Part shown: in pieces, positions 19,958 to 28,889 of the stretch
How positions within the stretch are numbered: the stretch's first letter is position 1
Layout: every line of letters starts with the position of its first letter
NCBI GenBank assembly: GCA_964457085.1
Contig: CAYWDM010000003.1
Location: 128,514-192,513, forward strand
Source: an uncultured Pseudomonadales bacterium
GTDB taxonomy: Bacteria > Patescibacteriota > Microgenomatia > UBA1400 > PJMF01
Direction of reading: 5' to 3'
DNA length: 64,000 nucleotides
Translations under genes and position numbers: made by a program
Notes under the pieces: generated by a model
Databases searched by the model: none
What the model was told of the DNA's origin: nothing
Seen by the model: only the letters and a program-made list of their open reading frames with translations

Positions 19958-20998
19958 ATGCGCGATTATAACGCTCGCAAATCTTCTCGTCAGCCAAATA
20001 CACAGCATCGGCCAACACACTCGCACCAACGTCACTATGATAGATCTAGGGGTGCTCAGACTGGTTGGTTTAATTCGTTGGCTGCCAATCCACTAGCAGT
20101 TTTTTTTCAAAGAATATTTGTTGGAGTATTGATTGTTGGAGTTGCCATAGTTGCAGCACTGTTAGTGCTGTGGTTGTTACGTGCCAACATTCACCAGCTG
20201 CATCCAATGAAGCAGGCAGTGACATTGGTATTTCTAGATCCAGCAGCCGGGAATACTTCAGATTTGTTGGTTGTTCAGTTGGCAGCAGAATCTAAAAAAG
20301 TATTGATATATAGCGTAAAATACCAATCAGAAACACAACTATTTAGTGGATATGGAATGTATCCACTGGCTTCAATTTATCCATTATTAAAAATTGAGCG
20401 AAAATCAGACCATTATATTCGAGCGACGCTCAGTGCTGTTTTGGGAGTGATGGTTGATCGAATCATTCCGGTTCCAAACATGGCCAGTTTATTTTCCTCT
20501 GAGACCTTGGAAAAACAGCCACAAGTAGTAATGACAAAGCTGTTGCGGCCATTTTGGTTTAGATCGCTCCCTGGAGTGGGGATACTTGAGAAGTTTCAAT
20601 GGCTTTCATACCTCGAGCAACTTAATCTGGTTTGGGTGGCTACAGCTCAAAGAGATGTTTTTACTGAGGGTTTTCGATTTGAGTCAAAATACCACGAGCT
20701 AAACAATTGTTCTGTGGCCGTAGTAAACACAACCATTGTGAAGGGGCTTGCACGGCGAATCAGCAATGTATTAGATGGCAGTGGATTGAGTGTAATTAGA
20801 ACCGCTGCGGAGCAATTACTTGAGTCAGAGAGTGTAGTTGTCTATGATCCAGCATATCCCAACTGTATGCCGTTGGTGCCGTATATTGAACAGTCACTCC
20901 CGAGTCATAAAGCACCGTATGCTGATCAGTCGGCAGCAAATCGCTTTAGAGCCAATATCGTGGTGATACTCGGCCAAGATTTAACAAACAGCAAATGA
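19958..20998 (+). CDS. Membrane protein with LytR C-terminal-like domain
   Basis: Single TM; C-terminal VAVVNTT.VKGLA...IVVILGQD pattern. Confidence 0.7.
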   Translation: MRDYNARKSSRQPNTQHRPTHSHQRHYDRSRGAQTGWFNSLAANPLAVFFQRIFVGVLIVGVAIVAALLVLWLLRANIHQLHPMKQAVTLVFLDPAAGNTSDLLVVQLAAESKKVLIYSVKYQSETQLFSGYGMYPLASIYPLLKIERKSDHYIRATLSAVLGVMVDRIIPVPNMASLFSSETLEKQPQVVMTKLLRPFWFRSLPGVGILEKFQWLSYLEQLNLVWVATAQRDVFTEGFRFESKYHELNNCSVAVVNTTIVKGLARRISNVLDGSGLSVIRTAAEQLLESESVVVYDPAYPNCMPLVPYIEQSLPSHKAPYADQSAANRFRANIVVILGQDLTNSK

Positions 20999-21035
20999 CT
21001 ATAAGCGAGCCAGTTGGAGTAAACAGAGACCAACC

Positions 21036-21776
21036 TTAAGAATAATCTTCGATTTTTTCGAGAGCAGTTTCGATTGAAGGCACGTCACTATCTCCGTCGA
21101 CCATTTGAATTGGGATGTCGTCTTCAAGAATGAAGTCATCATTGAGCTGATTAAGGGCACTGAGTGATTGTTTGTTGACTGGAAATGACTGCAAATGAGC
21201 ATTTTTCTCACTAGTTTTAGTTTCCTTAATCAGGACTTTGCAGGTTTTCTCGGTACACGAGTGGACCACACAAGAATATTCATTACCGTTGGTGATTAGT
21301 TTTGATAGTCGAAATGAGATATCCTCTGGGAGTGAACCAATATGTGTACCATCATCAGTCTCGACACAGATAAAATGACTCTTAATAATCAATGCGCAGG
21401 CGTGACCAACAGAGAGTTTGGCTAAGATTTGTTTACTAGCCAATCGATGCAGATCAATAATCTTGGTTTTACCCGGCTCTTCAATGAAATAGTTGTCAGA
21501 AAAGGTCTGAATGGTGAGAACTTGATTACTGGTAATCTTTTTGAGGTGTTTGTTAGCGATGATGTTTGATTTATCAACCTCTAATACCTGTTTGAAAACT
21601 TTTTTTGCTTCATCGACTTTTTTGATTTGCAATAAAGACAGTCCTAGCCGGTTCATAGCGGAAATGTCACGACTGTCCTGTTCAAGAATGGCTTGATTTG
21701 CCTCGATTGCTTGCTGCCAATCTTGGTTTTTCGCGGCTGTAATTGCTGCTTGGCTGAGAACTGAGATTTTCTGCAT
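21036..21776 (-). CDS. TPR-repeat protein with C-terminal beta domain
   Basis: TPR helices (AMNRLG...AKKVFKQVLEVD.SNIIA), FIEEPGKTK, IGSLPEDIS. Confidence 0.75.
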   Translation of the reverse strand: MQKISVLSQAAITAAKNQDWQQAIEANQAILEQDSRDISAMNRLGLSLLQIKKVDEAKKVFKQVLEVDKSNIIANKHLKKITSNQVLTIQTFSDNYFIEEPGKTKIIDLHRLASKQILAKLSVGHACALIIKSHFICVETDDGTHIGSLPEDISFRLSKLITNGNEYSCVVHSCTEKTCKVLIKETKTSEKNAHLQSFPVNKQSLSALNQLNDDFILEDDIPIQMVDGDSDVPSIETALEKIEDYS

Positions 21777-21973
21777 AGGCGCGTCAGAGACGGATAAAAA
21801 TGTCGCTACAGAATACTGTCAAATCAGGTACTTGTCAACTGAATATCTGTATTTGCCAGTGAATGAATAAAATTATAAAATAACGTTGATATATCAATAT
21901 AATTTTGCATATATACTCTATAGCAGATACACCATACATTGTAGTATGATTGGCAGGTGAGAGGACTTTAGCT

Positions 21974-22534
21974 ATGTCTGGACACAGTAAATGGAATAAC
22001 ATTAAGAATCGTAAGGCTGCAGTCGATGGTAAAAAATCTCGCATTTTTAGTCAATTGGCTAAAAATATCCGGATGGCGGTTAAAGAAGGTGAGTCCGGAG
22101 ATCCAAAGTTTAATCCATCACTGCGCTTGCTCTTGGAAAAGGCCAGAGAAGCTAACATGCCTAAGGAAAAAGTGCTCAAAGCCATTGATGTTGGACTTGG
22201 CAAGGGTGAAGGAGCTAATGCCCAGGAAGTGGTCTATGAGGGCTTTGGACCAGGTGGTGTGGGCATCATGGCGGTGGCCATGACTAATAATCTCAATCGC
22301 ACCGCGGGTGAGGTGCGAGCAATTTTTTCCAAAGCCGGTGGCTCGTTGGGTACTCCAGGTTGTGTCAGATACTTATTTACCAGGGGAGTTGGTAATGAAT
22401 TTGTGCTAATGATGCCGATGGTAGTCACTGATCCGCAGGTGCAATCACAGATGCAAAATTTAATTGACCAATTACACGAGCATGATGACATTGAGGATGT
22501 GTATTGTGTGGGTGAATGGGAAGGTAAGGAATAA
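21974..22534 (+). CDS. yebC: YebC/PmpR family protein (short form)
   Basis: MSGHSKWNNIK, YEGFGPGGV, TNNLNRT, DDIEDVY. Confidence 0.92.
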   Translation: MSGHSKWNNIKNRKAAVDGKKSRIFSQLAKNIRMAVKEGESGDPKFNPSLRLLLEKAREANMPKEKVLKAIDVGLGKGEGANAQEVVYEGFGPGGVGIMAVAMTNNLNRTAGEVRAIFSKAGGSLGTPGCVRYLFTRGVGNEFVLMMPMVVTDPQVQSQMQNLIDQLHEHDDIEDVYCVGEWEGKE

Positions 22535-22541
22535 TAGTTTT

Positions 22542-23309
22542 ATGAGAAGACGTGAGAAGTTTGTCATTAGTGCGGTGCTACTCAGTCTGGGGATGTTTGG
22601 ACTGCAGTATCTCAGTCTCGACTGGAGATACTTGGGTATTGGGCTTTTTATCGTGGCCACCTATTTTGCTTCTGCCTGGGCACTTCGAGAGGATTTGCAG
22701 CCACATGAATGGTTGACGATTTTGCCGTTTCCAGCTATGTACGCAGCAGCAGTCTCATTGTTTTATTTTTTATTACCATCAAATGTTATTAGCCAGTTGG
22801 CGATTCTTGGAGTGTTTGGGGTAGGCATGTACGCCTCATACTTAACTGCCAATATTTTTTCAGTAGCGAAGGGGAGAACAATTCAGTTGCTCTATGCGGC
22901 TCATGCAGTAAGTTTGTTTTTTAATCTACTTACCTCATTACTATTGACCAACACCGTACTGTCATTGCACTTGCCATGGTTCGGAAATGCCCTGATTGTA
23001 GGGGGCACACATTACCTAATCATCTTGATGTCGCTTTGGTCTGTGAAGCTCGAGAACCGAATTAGCAGAGAGGTCTTGGTTCTGACAATGTTTGTGTCGG
23101 TCATTTTAGCTCAATATACCGCACTTTTTTCTTTGCTCCCGATGGAGATCTGGCATAGCTCCTTGTATATCATGGCACTGTTATATATCTCCTTGAGTAT
23201 GTTGCACAATTTACTTAAAGGGAGACTATTCAGAAACACAGTACAAGAATTTTCGTTAGTTGCTGGCTTGTTAGCAGTGATGTTTGTGATTACTTTTCCT
23301 TGGAAATAA
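22542..23309 (+). CDS. Polytopic membrane protein
   Basis: Multiple TM helices, RTIQLL motif. Confidence 0.75.
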   Translation: MRRREKFVISAVLLSLGMFGLQYLSLDWRYLGIGLFIVATYFASAWALREDLQPHEWLTILPFPAMYAAAVSLFYFLLPSNVISQLAILGVFGVGMYASYLTANIFSVAKGRTIQLLYAAHAVSLFFNLLTSLLLTNTVLSLHLPWFGNALIVGGTHYLIILMSLWSVKLENRISREVLVLTMFVSVILAQYTALFSLLPMEIWHSSLYIMALLYISLSMLHNLLKGRLFRNTVQEFSLVAGLLAVMFVITFPWK

Positions 23310-23327
23310 TTTTTTCTGAATAATTTT

Positions 23328-23370
23328 TTGCTCATAACTCCATTTAAAAGGGGAATGAGCAAATTTTTTT
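23328..23370 (+). terminator. Probable intrinsic terminator
   Basis: TTGCTCAT..CTCC/GGGG.ATGAGCAA hairpin followed by a T-run. Confidence 0.6.
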
Positions 23371-23826
23371 TATCTCACCAGGTATAGGCAGGGAAGAGTG
23401 ATATAGTTTGATACAGTGTTGAAATGTGGATAACTTTGAAAGTTATAGGACGTGAAAAGACTAGTTAAGCCTGGATTGATATATTAAGTATTAGAAAAGT
23501 ATGGGTATCTGAACCAAAATTTACGACCAACCAGTTCCTCGAGTAGAGCGTGAAAACAGAAAAAACCCGAATAACCATCTAGCCTGGTGCAGTGATGATG
23601 CAAGAATAAATAACTCAAGATGTCTCAAGTAGTCAGAATATAGTCATTTTGAAGCTAATTGGAGAGAGGCTGATTACAGTGTTACTACCAGATACAGAAT
23701 GGTGTCAGTGATGAGGGTATGTACCGATTATTAATCCTATTTACGGAACAATGCATTTATGAGCTGTATCGACCAGTGCCGATACTTCTACTCTAGTTAA
23801 AAGAGAGGTTTTGCCCTGGTTTAATT

Positions 23827-23854
23827 ATGTCGCACAATAATACTTTTGCGACAT
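23827..23854. other. Putative dif-like Xer recombination site (11-6-11)
   Basis: ATGTCGCACAA-TAATAC-TTTTGCGACAT, arms inverted with 1 mismatch, ~710 bp upstream of the Xer gene. Confidence 0.65.
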
Positions 23855-24567
23855 AGACCAAGAAATTTAAATCTGTGTTTGTAATTGCTCGCTAGTTAGT
23901 TTGTTGACTTTGTTGTGTCATATATTGTTCCTACCAGGCTTGTAGATTGTTTCCCTACTACTTGGCTTTCATCGTTTACTCTGGCAGATGTGTTTTTTGA
24001 TTTTATTTTAGTCTGGAAATATATAAATTATTCCGCTTCATCAAGTAATTGTTCAATTATCCAGTCTAAATGATGACCAAGTCATCAGCTTAGAGATAAA
24101 AAGCCCGTTTTGAGGGTTTGAGGGGGTTCTGATCTGGTAGAAGGGGTTATTTTCACTGAATGACTGTCAAATTTATTGGTTTACGACGTTCTTTACTATA
24201 AAAACACAAGGTTTTCTATTCTATTTGTGGTTTGTTATAGAAAAACACGTTTTTTTAATTTTTAGCCTGGAGACTAATGAAAAAACAATGCGTCCTTTTT
24301 AATATATGAAGAGCTTGAAGCATTAGTATTTTTTAGTCTTGATCAAAATGCAAATATGATTGATCAATAGCCATTTAAATTGGTGCCTAAATATTAGCAG
24401 TAACTGGTGTCTTCTGCCAATGTCTCATAGTATTGTTTGATTTGGTTGTCTGCATCCAATATGTCGCTGAGGTGCTTGCAATATGTAAGTGTGTTATTGG
24501 TTACATTTGCTTAGATGGGGGAGGCATGTTGCCATCTGATTTGGTGAAACTGTGATAGGCTTACTAT

Positions 24568-25506
24568 ATGGCGATCTCTACTCTACCAGCTGTTGCGATG
24601 ATCGATTTTCTCGAGGCAATTGAGGTTGAGAGAAATCTAAGTCGACTCACAATTCGCAATTATGGCCATTATTTGCGCAGATTCAATGACTGGTTTATTA
24701 AGCAAGGATACACTGATCTCAAACAATTGGACCGTGATGTGATGCGTAAGTACCGAATTTTCTTAGCACGGTATGTAGATGACCAAGCAAGAATGCTGTC
24801 GAAGAAAACTCAAAGCTATCACGTGATTGCCATGCGTTCTTGGTTGAAATGGTTGGTTAAAAATGACGCTGCAGTACTTGCTCCTGAGAAAGTTGACCTT
24901 CCCAAGGCGGAGTCAACTCCAATGAAGTTTATGATGGCGGATAAAATTGAGCGCTTGCTGAGTCAACCTCTGAGCTCTACCCCACCAGGCTTACGTGATA
25001 AGGCAATGCTTGAGGTACTCTTTTCTACAGGGTTGCGGGTGAGTGAGCTTGTAGGTATGAATCGAGACCAGATTGATCTCGATAGGCGAGAGTTTGGGGT
25101 GATAGGCAAAGGGCGTCGACCTAGAGTGGTGTTTTTGAGTGAACGTGCTCATTTATGGTTGTCTCGTTGGCTAAACAGTCGAGAGGATAATTGGCGGCCA
25201 GTTTTTGTAAATTTCTCTGGTAAAAAATGTGATCCCTATGCCGATGGCGAAGAAAAACGGCTTTCCACACGTAGTGTTCAGCGAATGGTTGATACATATT
25301 GCCGGAAGGCAAAATTGCCTATTAAGCTCAGTCCGCATGGCATAAGACACAGCTTTGCAACTGATCTTTTAGCGAATGGTGCGGGGCTTCGCGATGTTCA
25401 AGAAATGCTGGGTCATAAAAACATCGCAACCACTCAAATCTATACACACGTTACCCGTCCACAATTAAAAAAGGCCTATGATTCATTCCATACTAAGCTT
25501 GAATGA
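24568..25506 (+). CDS. XerC/XerD-family tyrosine recombinase
   Basis: RDKAMLEVLFSTGLRVSEL, GKG, HGIRHSFAT, LGH...TTQIYTHV catalytic residues; SAM-like N-domain. Confidence 0.95.
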   Translation: MAISTLPAVAMIDFLEAIEVERNLSRLTIRNYGHYLRRFNDWFIKQGYTDLKQLDRDVMRKYRIFLARYVDDQARMLSKKTQSYHVIAMRSWLKWLVKNDAAVLAPEKVDLPKAESTPMKFMMADKIERLLSQPLSSTPPGLRDKAMLEVLFSTGLRVSELVGMNRDQIDLDRREFGVIGKGRRPRVVFLSERAHLWLSRWLNSREDNWRPVFVNFSGKKCDPYADGEEKRLSTRSVQRMVDTYCRKAKLPIKLSPHGIRHSFATDLLANGAGLRDVQEMLGHKNIATTQIYTHVTRPQLKKAYDSFHTKLE

Positions 25507-25775
25507 TGCTTAGCAATCACTGAGCTTGATTGATATATTTTGTTTGCTTAGTCACCATTTTGATTGCAATTGATGATGGTATTAGAATTAGCAGTCGCTT
25601 CTCTACTCTGCTAATTCTGAAGTAGGATTATTCAGGTTGATATGTCAATCTAAATAACATTCAATAGTTCAATTTTTTAGAAAATTGTAAAAATATAGAT
25701 ATTGGTTGCTATGCTACTAGCCAGTATGCAGGCGGTTGATTATAATCGTCAGCCGTTGGTAGAATACCAATTGTT

Positions 25776-25849
25776 GGGCCGATAGCTCAGTTGGCTAGAG
25801 CGCCTGCATGGCATGCAGGAGGTCAGGGGTTCGAGCCCCCTCCGGTCCA
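25776..25849 (+). tRNA. tRNA-Ala(GGC)
   Basis: GGGCCGA/CCGGTCC acceptor with G3:U70 (A7-C66 mismatch), CCTGC-ATGGCAT-GCAGG, TTCGAGC T-loop. Confidence 0.96.
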
Positions 25850-25857
25850 CCTTACTT

Positions 25858-25883
25858 CCCCACCTTTATTTGGTGGGGTTTTT
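25858..25883 (+). terminator. Intrinsic terminator after tRNA-Ala
   Basis: CCCCACC-TTTATTT-GGTGGGG-TTTTT. Confidence 0.85.
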
Positions 25884-26117
25884 GTTTTTAATTTGAATCT
25901 CATCAGATTCTTGAAATGCGTAAAGCGATACCTTTACATCAAGCTTTAGATGATCCACCAATCCTTTTTGCTATTTTGTTGTTTGTCTGTTATACTGCCG
26001 TTCTTCGGTTTGAAAAGGTGAGCTTTCCCCTTAATGTGATTCTTTCCAGAAGGTTTGTTAGAAATAACGACAACGTGCCGCTTGCGAAAGCGCGAGCAGC
26101 CTTGTTGGAAAGAGTAT

Positions 26118-27329
26118 ATGTTATACGCTCACAGCGGACGTTTTCGTCCGTCATCTTCATTTGGTTCTAGAGGTCCAAATCGCCGCCGATCTGATCGGGG
26201 TCATGCTGGATTTCGCTCGAACTCAACACCTATTGCAGCTAGTCGCTATGTCAACCAAGCTGCCGAGTTGATCGAAGGCCCAAAGGCTGTTATCACCCAT
26301 CAATTCACTGATTTTGGTCTAGATGAAAGAATTGTTGCCAACGTAGTCAGACATGGATATGGCGAACCAACTCCAATTCAAGACCAGATAATTCCTTTAA
26401 TGCTGACTGGGAAAGATGTGGTTGGTATTGCTAATACAGGTACAGGTAAAACTGCAGCTTTCTTATTACCATTACTGCACAAGGTATTGAATGATAACAA
26501 ACAAGGGGTCTTGATCGTGGTGCCTACTCGAGAGTTGGCAGCCCAAATTCGAGATGAATTGACTCATTTCGCTCAAGATCTTCCAGTAAGTATGTGTCTG
26601 TGCGTAGGCGGCGTTGGTATTCAACCCCAAATCAGCAAAGTCTCGCATAATCCACATTTTGTGATTGGTACTCCAGGTCGAATCAAAGACTTAGTTAATA
26701 GAGGAGCTTTAAAAACTGCCTCATACACTAACGTCGTACTTGATGAAGTCGACCGGATGCTGGACATAGGATTTGTGCATGATATTCGTTTCTTAATTGA
26801 TCGATTGCCAGCTGTGCGTCAATCTGGTTTCTTTAGTGCAACCATGACCAACCAAGTGAAGCCAATCATGCAGTCATTTCTAGACAATCCAGTGACGGTA
26901 AGTGTTGAAACTGCTCGGACTAGTGCACACATCCATCAAGATGTAGTTCGCATTGCTCCAGGCCAGAACAAAGCTGAAGTCTTGCATGACTTGTTGATTC
27001 AAGAAGAATTCAGTCGAGTGATTGTGTTTGGTAGAACCAAGCATGGCATCAACAAACTCGAAATGATGCTGTCTGGTAGAGGGTTACGCGTTTGTGCTAT
27101 TCATGGCAACAAATCTCAAAATGCTAGACAACAGGCTTTGCAGCAATTCAAACGAGGATTTGCCCAAGCTCTACTGGCCACCGATGTGGCAGCTAGAGGT
27201 ATCGACATTGATGGTGTAACTCATGTCATTAACTATGACGAGCCAAACTGTTATGACGATTACGTCCATCGTATTGGTCGAACCGGTCGAGCTGGCAAAA
27301 CCGGCAAAGCTTTAACTTTCGTCGGCTAA
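26118..27329 (+). CDS. DEAD-box RNA helicase (RhlE-like)
   Basis: Q motif PTPIQ, TGTGKT, PTREL, DEVD, SAT, ARGID, HRIGRTGRAG. Confidence 0.96.
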   Translation: MLYAHSGRFRPSSSFGSRGPNRRRSDRGHAGFRSNSTPIAASRYVNQAAELIEGPKAVITHQFTDFGLDERIVANVVRHGYGEPTPIQDQIIPLMLTGKDVVGIANTGTGKTAAFLLPLLHKVLNDNKQGVLIVVPTRELAAQIRDELTHFAQDLPVSMCLCVGGVGIQPQISKVSHNPHFVIGTPGRIKDLVNRGALKTASYTNVVLDEVDRMLDIGFVHDIRFLIDRLPAVRQSGFFSATMTNQVKPIMQSFLDNPVTVSVETARTSAHIHQDVVRIAPGQNKAEVLHDLLIQEEFSRVIVFGRTKHGINKLEMMLSGRGLRVCAIHGNKSQNARQQALQQFKRGFAQALLATDVAARGIDIDGVTHVINYDEPNCYDDYVHRIGRTGRAGKTGKALTFVG

Positions 27330-27358
27330 TTGACAATAACAAGCAATATTGATATATT
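27330..27358 (+). promoter_or_regulatory. Sigma70 promoter, cassette 1
   Basis: TTGACA-17 bp-TATATT with TG extension. Confidence 0.8.
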
Positions 27359-27567
27359 ATAGGATGTACTGTTGCCTGCTGGGTGTTTCTCAACTTGGCG
27401 ACTGTACAAACTTTTAGGCACGTTAACAGGAAAAAGGAAGAGAAAAAGTGGTGGTCGAACTGAGCGACTGACTGGTTTTAAACCAGATCGGATGCTGAGT
27501 TTGACCACCACACAAAGGCTGTGTAGCCTGTGGTGTAATTTTTTTTACAGCCCGGAGGGCATAAAGC

Positions 27568-27783
27568 ATGGCAAACGTAAAAGTTGCAGAAGCAAAAGAT
27601 CGACTCGTTGAGGTTAAAAGGAAAGAGGACATCGTCCCGATCCTGGAAAAACTTGACAGCGATCTGGATAGATTTACTGCGTTGGATTTAGCGGTTAGTT
27701 TTGCTGAGTCCAATCTCGAAGAAACCGCTCCGATTCAAGAATGGCTCAAGTTTTATCGAGACATTTATCGCGGGCAAAAATAA
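27568..27783 (+). CDS. Small helical protein, cassette 1 (71 aa)
   Basis: GGAGG SD upstream; same position in the repeated architecture as the other two ORFs. Confidence 0.75.
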   Translation: MANVKVAEAKDRLVEVKRKEDIVPILEKLDSDLDRFTALDLAVSFAESNLEETAPIQEWLKFYRDIYRGQK

Positions 27784-27812
27784 CGTATTTTCTCTCTCCT
27801 CCTCCAGTTTCG

Positions 27813-27865
27813 TGCCAGGCCCCGCTCTCAACAAGTGGGGCTTGTCATTTTCAAACACCTTTTTT
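27813..27865 (+). terminator. 3' hairpin/terminator, cassette 1
   Basis: TGCCAGGCCCCGCT/AGTGGGGCTTGTCA then TTTT..TTTTTT. Confidence 0.7.
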
Positions 27866-27872
27866 GAGTATC

Positions 27873-27901
27873 TTGACCAAATAACCAATGATTGATATAT
27901 T
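27873..27901 (+). promoter_or_regulatory. Sigma70 promoter, cassette 2
   Basis: TTGACC-17 bp-TATATT with TG extension. Confidence 0.8.
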
Positions 27902-28094
27902 ATGGGCTGTCATATTGCCACTTAGAATTATTTCTATCAAGGCGATTTGGCAAATAGAATCGGCACGTTAATAGTTGAAATGATTAGAGTCACTTAAAGT
28001 GGTGGTTGGCAAAGCTGTTTATTTTGACAGTTTTGCCAACCACCACTAGCCCGTAAGGCTTGAGGTGAGAATTTTTTCTCAGGAGAACATGGTT

Positions 28095-28310
28095 ATGAAC
28101 TTCACAGAAGTCACAGAGCATTTAGCGATTTGCGATGACAAAAGTCGCGCCCAGAAGTTGCTGGAATATCTGGATGCAACTCGTCATAAGGAAGCACTGC
28201 TGGAAGCTCGGCGTCTCGCCGGGCAGACAGTAGGCGTTAGTCTTCAAGGAGGCGAAAAGCATCCTCGAATGGTTATGCTCCAGGAGATGATTAACAAGCT
28301 CACCGAGTGA
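28095..28310 (+). CDS. Small helical protein, cassette 2 (71 aa)
   Basis: AGGAGA SD 8 nt before ATG 28095. Confidence 0.75.
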   Translation: MNFTEVTEHLAICDDKSRAQKLLEYLDATRHKEALLEARRLAGQTVGVSLQGGEKHPRMVMLQEMINKLTE

Positions 28311-28329
28311 CCTATATTTTGACCCAACG

Positions 28330-28383
28330 TGCCAAGCCCTTCCCCTAATCCGGAAGGGCTTGTCATTTCTAAATACTTTTTTT
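28330..28383 (+). terminator. 3' hairpin/terminator, cassette 2
   Basis: TGCCAAGCCCTTCC/GGAAGGGCTTGTCA then TTT..TTTTTTT. Confidence 0.7.
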
Positions 28384-28405
28384 GCATAAATACAAAAAAA
28401 CTTTC

Positions 28406-28433
28406 TTGACTTGTCTGGTAAAGATGATATATT
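28406..28433 (+). promoter_or_regulatory. Sigma70 promoter, cassette 3
   Basis: TTGACT-16 bp-TATATT with TG extension. Confidence 0.75.
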
Positions 28434-28619
28434 ATGGGTCGTGATGAGCTGCTTGGATGACTTTGGCTGTCTATAGCGGCGAAATCGCATGTACGTTAAC
28501 AGAGGAAGAAGAAATGAAGTGGTAATCGAGTGAAATCTTCATTGAAGTTGGAGGTTTAATTTGATTACCACTTTTCAGCGTGAGAGGTGGGTCAAAATTC
28601 TTAGCAAGAGAGGTGTTTC

Positions 28620-28817
28620 ATGCCAGCAGTTTATGATCGATATACTGTTCGATGGCTGTTGATTTATGCAGCCAATACCGTGGAAATAAGTACCGCCTTT
28701 AAAGACAATAAAGTGCCTGAGGCAGACCAGCGTGGTCTGCTTGAAGAGGCTTTGGCCGATGACGCGGTCAAACCTGGGTCGAAATCGGCTGAGTTGCTTG
28801 GTTCACTGCTCACATAG
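28620..28817 (+). CDS. Small helical protein, cassette 3 (65 aa)
   Basis: GAGGTG SD upstream; same position in the cassette. Confidence 0.75.
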   Translation: MPAVYDRYTVRWLLIYAANTVEISTAFKDNKVPEADQRGLLEEALADDAVKPGSKSAELLGSLLT

Positions 28818-28836
28818 TCATCTTTTCCTCCTTAAC

Positions 28837-28889
28837 GTTGGGCCCTCTTCTTTGCGGAAGGGGGCTCAACTACTTTTAGGACCTTTTTT
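28837..28889 (+). terminator. 3' hairpin/terminator, cassette 3
   Basis: GTTGGGCCCTCTTCT/GGAAGGGGGCTCAAC then T-tracts. Confidence 0.7.

Noticed and set aside
23425-23433. oriC call from a DnaA box
   Set aside because: Only one perfect box was seen, dnaA is not nearby, and there is no evident skew switch.
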